The notes under the pieces were generated by a model that ran no database searches, was not told the DNA's origin, and was given only the letters and a program-made list of their open reading frames with translations. 64,000 bases of DNA from Octopus vulgaris (lineage: Eukaryota): positions 16,492,001 through 16,556,000 of the forward strand of contig OX597828.1 in the NCBI GenBank assembly GCA_951406725.2, read 5' to 3'. The translations under genes were made by a program, and so were the position numbers. Numbering within the stretch: the stretch's first letter is position 1; each line of letters begins with the position of its first letter. Below, piece by piece: positions 1-15,090 of the stretch.

Positions 1-180
<180 letters not shown>

Positions 181-326
181 TATCTTGTGGTATAATGACT
201 TTTATCTTTCTTTGCCATAGTGGTTCATGGACGTTTAGCATGATGCTGAGTCCTACTCTAAACGATTGTTTTTCTCAATGGTCACACACCGGGGGTAGAA
301 CTTACGCTGAACTCTATTTACTTCGA

Positions 327-360
<34 letters not shown>

Positions 361-364
361 ATAA

Positions 365-488
365 ATGTAAAAAAATACAAACTGGGACAAGAACGTGAAA
401 CATTTAGAAGACGATACAAAAAACACGGACGGGACATTCGAAGCCTTTAATCTTCAGTCAAGAACCGAATCATCTTCGCAATTTCGAT
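365..488. mobile_element. Fragment of an unclassified interspersed repeat (other copies about 27550-27745 and, inverted, about 41925-42160)
   Basis: tgggacaagaac...gatacaaaaaacacggacgg...ttcgaagcctttaatcttcagtcaagaacc recurs, diverged, at 27563ff and as reverse complement at 42040-42155. Confidence 0.7.
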
Positions 489-499
489 GTATATATGTA

Positions 500-700
500 T
501 AGTCAATCCAAACATGAACAAGCAAGAAAAACAACAACGCGAGGACGTGGAATAAGTACTGTGTTATTGGACGCTCAGGGAAGGAAAGAAGAGAAAGACG
601 ATTTAACGTTTCGAGCGGAGCTCTTCATCAGAAGTATAGAAAAAGACTAAAACAGGGAAGACGGAGAAAGAAAATCGCCAACGATACACACGCGGTCACA
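500..700 (-). mobile_element. Short non-autonomous Penelope-like element carrying a minimal hammerhead (family copies at 18036-18170 and 42516-42724)
   Basis: About 200-bp element whose reverse complement matches 42516-42724 (tgtgacc...cgtccaataa...cacgtcctcgcgttg...gtttggatt). Contains an HHR core at 602-634. Confidence 0.7.
602..634 (-). ncRNA. Minimal type I hammerhead ribozyme motif
   Basis: Minus strand reads ctt-CTGATGA-a-GAGC-tcc-GCTC-GAAA-CG-TT-aaa: both conserved boxes intact, 4-bp stem II, palindromic minimal stem III (ACGT), very short stem I. Confidence 0.65.
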
Positions 701-730
701 CATATGCAAATTAGAAAATCTCTATAAACA

Positions 731-1405
731 ATGAAAATATTAACTCTCCTCAGAAGTAAGGTTTCTCGCCAGATCAATATGACTGTTCTATGTTACTATC
801 ATTTTGAACCCCTGCAAGCCTCCTTCAGCTACTCTAGTTATCGATGCAATCTGCAACCGATATATATATATATTACAAGGAGGGGAGCGAACACCTACCA
901 TCTTCTAGCTGATGACGGGATCACCAGACCGCACAGTTTCGACCTATTTTGTACATCGTCATTGGTGAACATCCGTTTGCGAAAGATTGATGTTACTCGC
1001 TACAGCTCGCAATATGCACAAAACCAAGCGACAATCATTCACTGATCTCGCAACAAGCAAGGTAGCTAGTTAAAAAATGTCTAGAAAAGATGAAAGTAGT
1101 AGCTTTACTGAGAGGTAATTCTTTATCGCCACATCGATATGGCTGTTCTATAGGAATCGAAGTTACTACCGTTTTTAATCCAGGAGTAATCTTCTCCAGT
1201 TACTTATCAATGCAGTCCGCACCCGATATATACTGCCCACTGACAGTGGGCATAAATAGCCCGAAACCGTACGGCCTGGTGATTATATATCGAGCGTAGA
1301 CTGCATTGATAAGCAAGTGGAGGCGACCCCTCCTTGGGTTAAAAACTATAGTATCGTTGATACCTATAGAACAGCCATATTGATGTGGTTATAAACATTA
1401 CTTCT
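731..1405. mobile_element. Penelope-like pLTR cluster: diverged direct repeat plus about 295-bp fold-back, with two decayed hammerheads
   Basis: 731-865 resembles 1090-1232. 1111-1232 is an imperfect inverted repeat of 1283-1405 (atatggctgttctatagg / cctatagaacagccatat). HHR-like motifs at about 921-968 (-) and 1236-1284 (+). Confidence 0.6.
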
Positions 1406-1655
1406 TCCTCTCTCTTTCTGTCTGTCTGTCTGCCTGCCTGCCTGTCTGTCTGTCTGTCCGTATGTCTGTCTGTCTGCCTGCCTGTCTGTCTGTCTGTCTG
1501 TCTGTCTCTATATATATTATATTTATATATATATATATATATATATAGACACATACATACATTCATACAGCCTCACACACACACACATATATATATAATT
1601 ACAGGACTCAGTGTAAATATATGCAGACGTACGTGCACACACACATACTATACTA

Positions 1656-1705
<50 letters not shown>

Positions 1706-2927
1706 ATATATATGTGTGTGTGTGCCTTTGTGCGTGTGTGTATTGTATATGTGCTTTCTTTGAATTTCTGTGAAAGCTTTCGCTCTTACCAGTAGTTATG
1801 TTAGCATTCTGTGGTTGTTTAGGGGTTTCTTCTTCCGACCAGAGTTCTGTATTACCTCCTCTCAAAGTAGATAAATATTTTTGAAACATATTTCGCAGAA
1901 GATTGAAATTCATTTGTAAACCTATTTATCTAAGCTTGTCTTTTTATATTTTTTCCGAAATTGATAAACTACTCGGATTTGGAAAAAGAATCTGTGGAAC
2001 ATTCCTCTCTATTTTACTTTATTACTTCATATTTATCTATTTGAACAAACAACAACTGTTTCTTTCCACTGTAAATAAGAATGTCGCTATTCTCTTCATC
2101 ATTACTTCCTCCTCTCTTCTTTCTCTTTCCGCTCTCTCCTTTCCTCTATTTTTACTATTTTTCTACCTTTGCATTCTATAAAATCTCTTGCTTTTTTTTT
2201 TCCTTCTTAAATTGCTTTCTCTCTCCTGTTAGTGTCGTTAAAGCACCGAAAATTCGACCTCCTTCCTGTTCTCATAAAATGGAAATGAATCAAATTTGTT
2301 TATGGAATTTTTTACAGCTTTTGAATACATTTTATTTCATGTTTATCGTATTGGTATGCTATTTTATATGTTTTAATTTGAGGAACGATTAATTCCTTTC
2401 TCTATCAATGTACGCACCTCCCTGACCTAAAATTTCTTTCTTTTCTGTCCTTCATTACACAACTCTCACTTGCTGTTTCTCTCTCCTTATCACCGCAGTC
2501 ATTTACTTTAATGCTTTTGCTTGCTTCTACAATTCAACTCAGTATAATCGTGAATTGACTTACCTTTTCTTCTGTGCATCTTTCTATCTACATTCATTTA
2601 GTCTTACTCATTGTTATTCGTTTACACGTTCCCCTCTTATAAACACCATCTTTTACACAAAGCTTGTTGTATTCCACGTTATACAGCTGTAGATCTCTAT
2701 CATCTTTCATCACCATTTCTTTCCCTTTCTTTATTCCTTTTTCTCTTCTTCTTTCCCCATATCTGTACCTATGTACGACTTATTTTATCACTCAATCAAC
2801 CTTATACCCTGTTTTTCACCTAAATAATATGCTAACCGCGAACTGTTAGATATTTGATATTAGATTTAGGATGCCCGAATATATAAGCCACCTGTTTCTC
2901 TAAAATTTCATTTTAAGTGTAACTGAT

Positions 2928-3109
2928 TTCCGTTTTTAGATAGAACCAGCATTTAATATGTTAAACAGAGCTTATCTTTGTACTGAAAATCCCAATACAT
3001 TAGAAACTTTATTATGGTCTATTCCGTTTTTAGATAGAACCAGCATTTAATATGTTAAACAGAGCTTATCTTTGTACTGAAAATCCCAATACATTAGAAA
3101 CTTTATTAT
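2928..3109. repeat. Perfect 88-bp direct duplication (period 94)
   Basis: ttccgtttttagatagaaccagc...gaaactttattat at 2928-3015 and 3022-3109, separated by ggtcta. Confidence 0.95.
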
Positions 3110-4375
3110 CACATACAATTTTATCAAATGGTTATCATTATTAAAATTAATAAGACTAATTCACTACTTTATATTATTTCTGTGTTAGCTTAGACTGCGG
3201 ATGAGAACACTTTGGAATTAACCTGTCAAAGTGATATTAAATAACCTCTTGTGTCTGGGGACTTGACATAGCACCTTGTGCAAGTGATACCAATCACTCC
3301 AGCCGCCTATACAAATGTTACAGTGAAGTCCAAAGTTCTGTGATATACAGGCAAATGTTTTTAACATACTCCATACAGCTGTGATAACTGTGATGGCCGC
3401 AACAGTTTGGTAACATTTCATTATCTTGCTCTTAGCTGTGTCATTCGTATCCCACTATCAAAATCTTGAATATGACACTAATATGTGCCCCCATTCCTAC
3501 GCTGCAAACTGATCCAATAAAATGTTGCTACCCTGGCATGGACTTGAATCTCAAATGGGGCTTCAGAATAGAATTAATTGCATTAGAATACCACAAGTGG
3601 CAGTAACAACCACCCTGCGTTCTATTACCTCTGTAGAAAAGCTTGATCTGTCCTATTGGCCTCGACTTCTTAGTGAGCCAGACGAGGCAGACTAAGACCT
3701 GTAACATATTCAAGACCTTTTCCACTGGTGGGGATGAGTGGAGAAAGCTATTCTCAGATCAGAGACTTAGGTTGATTGCTTGTAATAAAGTGTAATCCAT
3801 GAAAGGTATTACGCGTCTAATATTGTTAGCCATATAAAGTATACTACATAACAATAGGAGTGATACCTCTCCTTCGAACTTCCACATAACTTCTGTTTTT
3901 TTCTACTAAATTCCACTCACGAGGCCTTCGTCGACCCGAGGCCATGTCTGGCTCCATTCGTTTATTCAGATTCTGCTACATTACTCATAAAAAAAATATA
4001 CGTTTCAGACGAAATAAATAAATAAATAAATGAAAAATAGAGAAAATACAGAAATATCTACCGCTGGCAATGAAGCCTGTTTAATAGTCTTGACTAGACG
4101 GAAATTAACCAACAACGCCCGCTCGCCTGCCACTTCGTAATTTTTCAATATTTTAATTTTTAATGAAATTAAAGAAGAAAAAAATGCAAAATTCATCGAA
4201 AATTTAAAAGGGAAATTCTGATTAGTAAATAGGATTGTTGGTTGGAAAATAGCATTAATTAATTAAATATCGGAAAGCTCAACTATTTGTGACAGATTCA
4301 TTAAAAAATTTGTTTGATGCACAAATTTTTGTAATGAAAGGTTTCTCAGGCATGGAAATACTCAAGTGGATTAAA

Positions 4376-5250
4376 TACTGGACTAACAAAGCGTGTTTTA
4401 AGTAATTTTCAATACACACTCCTGCATATTATTCCAGCAGAACGCCTGATTCTAAACTAAGAGCTTAAATGAGAGATATCTATCTGTGGTCGGATAAGAC
4501 ACTAGGCTCTTTCAGGTAACCCACTAACATGAACTCTTACCTGTTTCGTTCTCGATAGTTAGGTAGACTGAGATGCGTAACACTAAGTACGCATCGTGAA
4601 GGTTCTATATTGAGCATGGGCAACCATTTTCGAAAAGTGGGACGTATGAGACATAGTTCAACAACAAACGGGTGTCATTAGTAAAACTCTAAAAACACCC
4701 AAGAAACTGTTCGTCAGGTGTGCCATTTAGAAAGATGTGCGCGCCCCGGAGATTGCCCATGCGAAAACTACATTGTGACTTACCTAGCTAGAGATAGCAG
4801 CAAAAATCTCTCTCAGATCAAACTTCAACGTATACTTCCTCAACGAGGAAGGACACGTTGTACAAAAAGATCTAGATACTCTTAAATTCTCAAGAGATCA
4901 AATATTGGACTAACAAAACGCGTTGTAATTAGTTTTCATTATATTTTCTGTATATTATTCGTGTAGAACGCATAATTCTAAATAACTAGTTTAAATGAAA
5001 TTTATCTGCTCTTAGATAAAACACTACCCTATGTCAGGTAACTTACTAACACGACCTCATTCCAATTCTGTTCACTATACGTACCTGGGTTGCGGTGAGT
5101 AGAACAAAATGTATATCGAGAAAGGTTCACATAATGGTTCATGCTGCTAGATATAGTGACGAAATCTACTGCACAGCAATTGAAACACCAAAATGTCCTT
5201 CTTAAACGAGGAAGGACATATAGGACGATGTTGTGTTAACTGCTCTTAGA
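4376..5250. repeat. Old diverged tandem duplication (about 4376-4890 versus 4903-5250)
   Basis: Collinear shared blocks tggactaacaaa, tcaggtaac..actaaca, aaggttc, gctagaNatag, aacgaggaaggaca, ctctta. Confidence 0.75.
4611..4765. mobile_element. hAT-type MITE
   Basis: Terminal inverted repeats gcatgggcaa (4614-4623) / ttgcccatgc (4753-4762). Present in only one copy of the duplication. Confidence 0.6.
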
Positions 5251-5376
5251 AATTGACGGGAAAGCTATGGCTGGAATGCTTTTTATAATAACATTGTTCA
5301 GTCAGGTCTGGTTTGGGGTTAAAAGAACAATAGTAATGACAACAGTAGCAGGAACAGCAGTAATAAAAAAACCACC

Positions 5377-5407
<31 letters not shown>

Positions 5408-5499
5408 GTAGCAACTACAACAATAAATTTCTTGCTATGGAATTGGTAGTTCTTGGGGCGAGTATTCGAAGAGTTTACGATTCTCGTTCTTTCATTGAC

Positions 5500-5780
5500 C
5501 GCCTGGCAGAAACGTTAGCACGCCGGGCGAAATGCTTAGGGGTATTTCGTCTGCCGCTACGTTCTGAGTTCAAATTCCGCCGAGGTCGACTTTGCCTTTC
5601 ATCCTTTCGAGGTCGATAAATTAAGTACCAGTTATGCACTGGAGTCGATATAATCGACTTAATCTGTTTGTCTGTCCTTGTTTGTCCTCTCTGTGTTCAG
5701 CCCCTTGTGGGTAGTAAAGAAATAAGAAACGTTTGCACGCCGGACGAAATGCTTAGCGGTATTTCGTCTGTCTTTACGTT
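5500..5780 (+). mobile_element. SINE family B (tRNA-like head, central gcctttcatcctttcggggtcgataa...gtacc domain) plus start of a second copy
   Basis: ctggcagaaacgttagcacgccgggcgaaatgctt...gagttcaaattcc (B-box-like)...gtaaagaaataag. Near-identical copy at 44981-45212. Confidence 0.85.
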
Positions 5781-5894
5781 CTTCTTCTTCTTCTTCTTCT
5801 TCTTCTTCTTCTTCTTCTTCTTCTTCTTCTTCTTCTTCTTCTTCTTCTTCTTCTTCTTCTTCTTCTTCTTCTTCTTCTTCTTCTTCTTCTTCTT

Positions 5895-5975
5895 TTGTCA
5901 GCTGTTCACTACCAGTGAACTAAGGTAACGCCTCTTATTTTTCGAGCACCTTCCGGAGTATTCGAGCGGTTCCAA
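5895..5975 (-). mobile_element. 3' end of a Dong/R4-clade non-LTR retrotransposon
   Basis: Minus strand translates GTARILRKVLEK*, followed by a short 3' UTR. 5' side abuts (TAA)n. Confidence 0.75.
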
Positions 5976-5989
5976 TTATTATTATTATT

Positions 5990-6471
5990 CTATGTTTGAC
6001 TTTTGCTTTATGTTTATACAAGTTGTCTCCAAGTCTCACCTAGGGACCTCAAGAGACAACAGGTTGGAAGTTCACGTTGTTGTTATGCCTAGTGTGCCAT
6101 ATTTTTTTTTTGTTTTTTTTTTGTGTTGTACTAGTGAATGTGTAATAAATAAATTAAAAAAAGAAGAAAAAAAAGTTTGTATTAAACCTTGAGATTACAT
6201 AGAGAGTATTTTGCGTAGGATATGAGCAGTTCCCATGAGCACTATCTTTTGAATTTCTGCCATTTTGGGGTCTCCTGGTATCTGAGTTAGGTAGCAATCA
6301 GTCCCTTTCGCTATCATTCCCAGGGCACCTATGACAACAGGTATTGTTTTAGTCTTCAGGTTCCACATTTTGCTGATTTCTATTTCAAGATCTTTACATT
6401 TGCTCAGTTTTTGGTAGGTCTTGACAGATATGTTTATATCGATTGGGACAGTCATATCAATGAGGAGGCAT

Positions 6472-6472
<1 letters not shown>
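5990..6472 (-). mobile_element. 5'-truncated Dong/R4-clade retrotransposon (RLE endonuclease C-terminus plus 3' UTR)
   Basis: TCLLIDMTVPIDINISVKTYQKLSKCKDLEIEISKMWNLKTKTIPVVIGALG...IQKIVLMGTAHILRKILSM* is the typical RLE-domain C-terminus. Flanked by (TAA)n on both sides. Confidence 0.88.
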
Positions 6473-6547
<75 letters not shown>

Positions 6548-6567
6548 CATTATTATTATTATTATCA

Positions 6568-6660
<93 letters not shown>

Positions 6661-7024
6661 GCTATATGATATATATTACATAGTGTGTATGTATATACGT
6701 TTGTATGTATGGGGCCTTTGGGCACAATTCTCATAGTGCCCGCGGAGTTAATTTTACGCAGAACCGCATCATTGGAAGCGTATATAATTTTTTAATCTCC
6801 ACATCAATATTTGCACTCGTTTTGAAGCACAATACCTTCTCCGTGCCAAATTTATTGATGAAAATAGCTCAAGTGTTCATCGACACACTGCTGTACAAGT
6901 GTCGAGGTAAGATACGGAACATAAACCAAGACTTTACAAGCTACGTATGAACTATTCTATCATCTGAGCGGACGCCATCTGATTTCTCTCTCTCTCTCTT
7001 TCTCTTTCTCCTTCTCTCTCTCTT

Positions 7025-7055
<31 letters not shown>

Positions 7056-7791
7056 TTCTACCTCTCGTCTCTTCCGACTTCTTTCTCTCATTCATATATA
7101 TCTCCGTGAAAACATGATATTTGAACAGAAAGTCATTGACAGCGTAGTTTTTAATCGAAAGTTAATAAAAGTAGGTAATCGCCTGCTGAGATGATCTTGA
7201 TATATTGGATAAAAATGTAATAATACGGCAGTAGTTATAGTAGTAGAAGTAGTAATAGTAGTAGTAGTTAGCAGTTTGTCTATGCGTATGAGTCAATTTT
7301 CCAGAGATGAAAAGCTCAGCTTTGAGATTCCGTTCAAGAGTTTAATAAGGTCAAGTGAACTACTCGAGAGAACTTTCATCTTTTCATATTTTTATTACAT
7401 AAAGAAAAACAGCAGTTGACCTTCACTTTTCGGAAGTAATAGCAGTGTGTGAATGAATCGTATGAATAGAAAATGAATCGAATAAATCACGGCATTTGAT
7501 CATCAAAACAGATAAACATTTTGGAAAATGTTAAGATCGAAAATGATAAGTTAGTAGTTGAAATAATTTTAGATGGAGAAATATCGAAGTAATTAGAAAA
7601 ACGCTGATGCAGAAGTCATAGCTAAAATGTTTACTCATCGATAATGTAAACGTGTTTATTGTGTTAGTCACATTTTGGTTTATTTTATATTTACGTTTTT
7701 ATTTTTTTATTTTTCATACTCATTCCAACTTGAACTTGAATGTGTTTCAATAGCGTTTATATATAGCTCCTGCCACGTCTAGTTTTGAAAA

Positions 7792-7954
<163 letters not shown>

Positions 7955-7960
7955 TAATAA

Positions 7961-8708
<748 letters not shown>

Positions 8709-8714
8709 TAACAA

Positions 8715-8826
8715 TACAGAACACTTTCCATACAATAACCATCAGAGAATCACAGCACATACCTAAGGCACATAGAGCTGCGCTCGGTAGTGAAGTGAAA
8801 GCACGCTATAAAATAAAACTACTGAA
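8715..8826 (+). mobile_element. Probable Dong-type 3' tail
   Basis: RTLSIQ* then short UTR (gagctgcgctcggtagtgaagtgaaagcacg) ending in (TAA)n. Confidence 0.55.
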
Positions 8827-8856
8827 TAATAATAATAATGATAATAATAATAATAA

Positions 8857-9305
8857 TGTGACTCCCTAATTGATACTCGGAGACCAAATATTGGTGTGGT
8901 AGAGAAAGTGAAAAAAGGAAACCAAGGTGATAGATATTGCAGTACCTGGGGATGCACGCACAAGTGATGAAGAACTAGAAAACATTGAAAACTGCAGACT
9001 ACTAAGAGACGAAATTGCAAGAATGAGGACTATGAGGGTAGTGTCTGTCATTCCAGTAGTTGTAGGGCACTCGGAGCACTAACAACCAAATTCGAGAAAT
9101 ACGTTAAAGAAATCGGAATTGATATGAGAGCAGAGCAAGCTCAAAAAACTGGGGGACTGCTAGGATTTTGAGATTCGTACTTGGATGTTGAATACCCCCC
9201 ATGATAATTAACAACCAAATATCAAAGCTTATAATGTGCGGAAAGAGACTCTGACAGTAAGCTACTGTCCGCTCTCACAGAATATGCCCTGAGAACTAAA
9301 ACAAT
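8857..9305 (+). mobile_element. 5'-truncated, frameshifted Dong/R4-clade retrotransposon (RLE domain)
   Basis: Across frameshifts reads DSLIDTRRPNIGVVEK...VIDIAVPGDAR...LRDEIARM...VIPVVVG/LGAL...AQKT/GTARILRFVLGC*. Starts at (TAA)n. Confidence 0.85.
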
Positions 9306-9433
9306 AATGTATCCATTTAAAAATAATATAATGTAATATAATATCTATGTATGCCTTCCATATTTACTCTACTGTACTCTTCTACACACATACACACACA
9401 CTCACGCACACACACACGCATGCGCGCGCACAT

Positions 9434-9652
9434 ACTCTTTTACTTGTTTCAGTCATTTGACTGCAGCCATGCTGGAGCACCGCCTTTAGTCGAATCAAAT
9501 CGACCCCATGACTTATTCTCTGTAAGCCTAGCACTTAGTCTATCAGTCTCTTTTGCCGAACCGCTAAGTTACGGGGACGCAAACACACAATCATCGGTTG
9601 TCAAGTGATGTTGGAGGGACAAACACAGACACACAAACATATACACACACAT

Positions 9653-9687
<35 letters not shown>

Positions 9688-9858
9688 CATATATACGACA
9701 GGCTTCTTTCAGTTTCCGTCCACCAAATCCACTCACAAGGCTTTGGTCAGCCCGAGGCTATAGTAGAAGACAAAAGTCCATGGTGTCACGCAGTGGGACT
9801 GAACCCGGAACCATGGGGTTGATAAGCAAGCTACTTACCACACAGTCACTCCTGCGCC
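9434..9858 (-). mobile_element. SINE family A (tRNA-derived head, internal (TA)n(TG)n microsatellite)
   Basis: Minus strand starts ggcgcaggagtgactgtgtggtaagtagcttgc...ggttccgggttcagtcccactgcg (A/B boxes) and ends gcagtcaaatgactgaaacaagtaaaagagt. At least 10 near-complete copies in the window. Confidence 0.92.
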
Positions 9859-9865
9859 TATCATA

Positions 9866-10080
9866 TTTATTTCTTTATTGCCCACAGGGGGCTAAACATA
9901 GAGGAGACAAACAAGGACAGACAAAAAGTTTCAGTCGATTACATCGACCTTAGTGTGTTGCTGATGCTTATTTAACAGACCCCAAAAGGATGAAAAGCAA
10001 AGACGACTTCGGTGGAGTTTGAACTCAGAACGTAACGCTAGGCGAAATACCGCTAGGCATTTCGCCTGGCGTGCTTACGA
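9866..10080 (-). mobile_element. SINE family B
   Basis: Reverse complement of the 5500-5725 element. Confidence 0.82.
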
Positions 10081-10384
10081 TTTCATTGTCAAGGCGTTGT
10101 TCGGTCCAGGACTATGGAAGAAACCGGTCCAGGGTGCCGCGCAGCAGACGTTCATCCGAAATCATATGGTTACAAAGCCAGTTTCTTAACAACTCTGCAA
10201 CTATAAGTCACCATTTAAAAAAAAATCTCTCCTAGTTTTATACTCACAACACTCAACTTCCTCTCCTCTCGTTATCATTTTATAAATGAAACTGAAATTA
10301 ATGGAAAAATTTTATACACAAATCTTGCAGCCAACAAATTTTGTCTTCCTCACACAATTTTCAAATTCCATTAAGTAGCCAAGC

Positions 10385-12270
<1,886 letters not shown>

Positions 12271-12370
12271 TTATTTCTGATTAAATCGGAGCATATTTTT
12301 AGTTAACCTTCAATTAATTTTCAGTCGACCTTCAGATATTAACACATTGCCCTCATTCCAATATGACATA

Positions 12371-12672
12371 GGAGGCACATGGCCTAGTTGTTAGAGCAGC
12401 GGACTTGCGGTCGAGAGATCGCGGGTTCGAATCTCAGACCGGGCGATGCGTGTGTTTATGAGCGAAACGCTCAATTCCACGCGGCTCCGGCAGAAGGTAA
12501 TGGCGAACTTCTGCTGACTCTTTCGCCACAACTTTCTCTCACTCTATCCTCCTGTATCTTGCAGCTCACCTGCGACGGCCCGGCGTCCCGTCCAGGTGGG
12601 GAACCTATACGCCAAGGAAACCAGGAAACCGGCCCTTATGAACCAGGCATAGCTCGAGAAGGAATAAAATAA
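12371..12672 (+). mobile_element. SINE family C (tRNA-derived head)
   Basis: ggaggcacatggcctagttgttagagcagcggac...gggttcgaatctc (A and B boxes). Second copy inverted at 49635-49898. Confidence 0.88.
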
Positions 12673-13254
12673 ACAATATGACATAAACCTCAATATGGTG
12701 ATATGAGTATTTGAGGCAATCGTGCCATTCTTGTGAACATGAAGAACGTAAGATAAAGTTAAGTGACACCAGCTGATAATTGGCAAAAGAGGTCCTCCAT
12801 GTGCCGCTTGTCTTTCTCCTCCATGCGCCGCTCGTCTTTCTAGATAAAACAGTCAGATTGTTTTCTAAAAATGCATGCTATTTATCGTTTTAAAATGGGA
12901 AGCATAGCTCAGGGAAACGTAGTCAACACGGTCGTAAAAGTATTTTAGGCCCCAAGGCAAAGTAATGCACTGAGGCCCGAAGAATATGCTTCATCACAGT
13001 ATATATAGATTGACACTGGGTGCCTTAACTCGGGGTAGCTCGCTGGAGAGTTGCAGGCTGAGCACATGCCAATAGACGGCACTATAAGTAATGACTGAGT
13101 ATAAACTGCGATGGTCATAGCTGGAACACCTTTGAGAAGAAGTTCTTTTCGGCTGAGGCTGACTTGAAGCCAAACAAGAAGAGACATAGTCACGACAACA
13201 GTAGCAACAACAGCAATTACAATAACTACCATAATACTGAAGGCAGAATAAAGT

Positions 13255-13310
13255 GGACCAAAGCCTTGTGAGTGGATTTGGTAGACGGAAACAGAAAGAA
13301 ACCCGTCGTA

Positions 13311-13393
<83 letters not shown>

Positions 13394-13603
13394 TTGCGTG
13401 TCTGTGTTTGTCCCCCAACATCGCTTGACAACCAATGCTGGTGTGTTTACGTCCCCGTAATGTTGCTGTTCGGCAAAAGGGACCGATAGAATAAGTACTA
13501 CGCTTACAAAGAATAAGTCCTGGGGGTCGATTTGCTCGACTAAAGGCGGTGCCCCAGCATGGCCACAGTCAAATGACTGAAACAATTAAAAGATTAAAAG
13601 AGT
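13255..13603 (+). mobile_element. SINE family A, 5'-truncated
   Basis: gaccaaagccttgtgagtggatttggtagacgg...(TA)n(TG)n...cagtcaaatgactgaaac. Confidence 0.9.
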
Positions 13604-14167
13604 AATTCTTAAGAATATTTAATCATAAAAATATGATATATTTAAAAAGAAAAAAACAATGGCCCTATTGGTACCACCAAATAAAATAGGAATCAAAGGG
13701 ATCCATAGGGAACAAAATGGTCGGGAACCCTTGATACAAAGCAATGAGCTTGAGCAAGCGTTTCAGCTGATCGAAAAGTTGAATAGGGACAGTGACACTG
13801 AAGAATATGTTTCGTTTCACTCACAAATATTATAAATAAAACAAGGCGACGAGAGGGCAAATTCGTTAAGATGCCGGGAAATATGCTGAGAGGTATTTCA
13901 ACCGTTTTTACGTTTTTGTTCAATTTTCGCTAAGGTTGACTTTGCCTGTCATCCTTTCGGGAGCGATGGAATAAGTACCAGTTAAACACTGGGGTAAATG
14001 TAATGACTTCCGCTTCTCCTCAAAAACCCCTGGCCCATTATTAATAAAAAAGTTTAAAATGTATCTTAATGATTTTTAACTTTAAATGTGAAGAATACGA
14101 GAACGTTTTCGTTACTTTTTCATCTCTTGTGTCCCACGAAGTGATAAATAAACTTTGAAACCTGCAG

Positions 14168-15090
14168 CAGTAGGATATGATCTACATGAGATTTGATATA
14201 TATTTCTAGCAAATCCAACCATCACATAGAGGTTCCCAAGTTTGTCCGAATGTTGCTTGGGTCAGAAAAAAACTCTATTTTAAAAACCTATTAATTTCTT
14301 TGCAGTAGAGTTGGGGTAAATTGGTAGACGTAGTGATTGTGGCATTCATCCTACATCAGTAGGATATGATCTACAGGGGATTTGGTATATATTTCTAGCA
14401 AATCCATCCATCACATAGAGGTTCCCAAGTTTGCCCGTATGTTGCTTGGGTCAGAAAAAACTTTATTTTAAAAACTTATTAATTTTTTTGTAGAAGAGTT
14501 GGGGTAAAATGGTAGACGTAGTGATTGTGGCATTCATCCTACACCAGTAGGATATGATCTACAGGAGACTTGGTATATATTTCTAGCAAATCCATCCATC
14601 ACATAGAGGGTCCCAAGTTTGGGTCAGAAAAAACTTTATTTTAAAAACTTATTAATTTTTTGTAGAAGAGTTGGGGTAGAATGGTAGACGTAGCGATTGT
14701 GGCATTCATCCTACATCAGTAGGATATGATCTACAGGAGATTTGGTATATATTTCTAGCAAATCCATCCATCACATAGAGGGTCCCAAGTTTGTCCGTAT
14801 GTTGCTTGGGTCAGAAAAAAACTTCATTTTAAAAACTGATTAATTTTTTGCAGAAGAGTTGGGGTAAAATGGTAGACGTAGTGATTGTGGCATTCATCCT
14901 AAATCAGTAGGATATGATCTACAGGGGATTTAGTATATATTTCTAGCAAATCCATCCATCACATAGAGGTTCCCAAGTTTGTTCGTATATTGGTTGATTC
15001 AGAACAAATCCATTTTTAAAATTATTTCTTTTTTGGTAGAGGTTGGGAGAGTAAAATGCAAAATGGAGTGATTGTGGCATTCATCCTATT
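14168..15090. repeat. Tandem array of five about 188-bp units
   Basis: Units begin cagtaggatatgatctac at 14168, 14357, 14545, 14717 and 14905. Unit 3 has a 16-bp deletion; unit 5 is the most diverged. Confidence 0.97.

Noticed and set aside
3190-3780. Complex GC-balanced block that might be coding
   Set aside because: Stops in all frames and no recognisable motif; probably an old decayed repeat.
12371-12445. tRNA gene (also heads at 20590-20657, 44247, 47209, 51462)
   Set aside because: The A/B boxes continue directly into multi-copy SINE bodies and a proper acceptor stem is not evident.
14168-15090. 188-bp array as a CRISPR array or hammerhead satellite
   Set aside because: No unique spacers, eukaryotic context and no cas genes. 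The minus-strand CTGATG is followed by TA and no GAAA/UH geometry fits.
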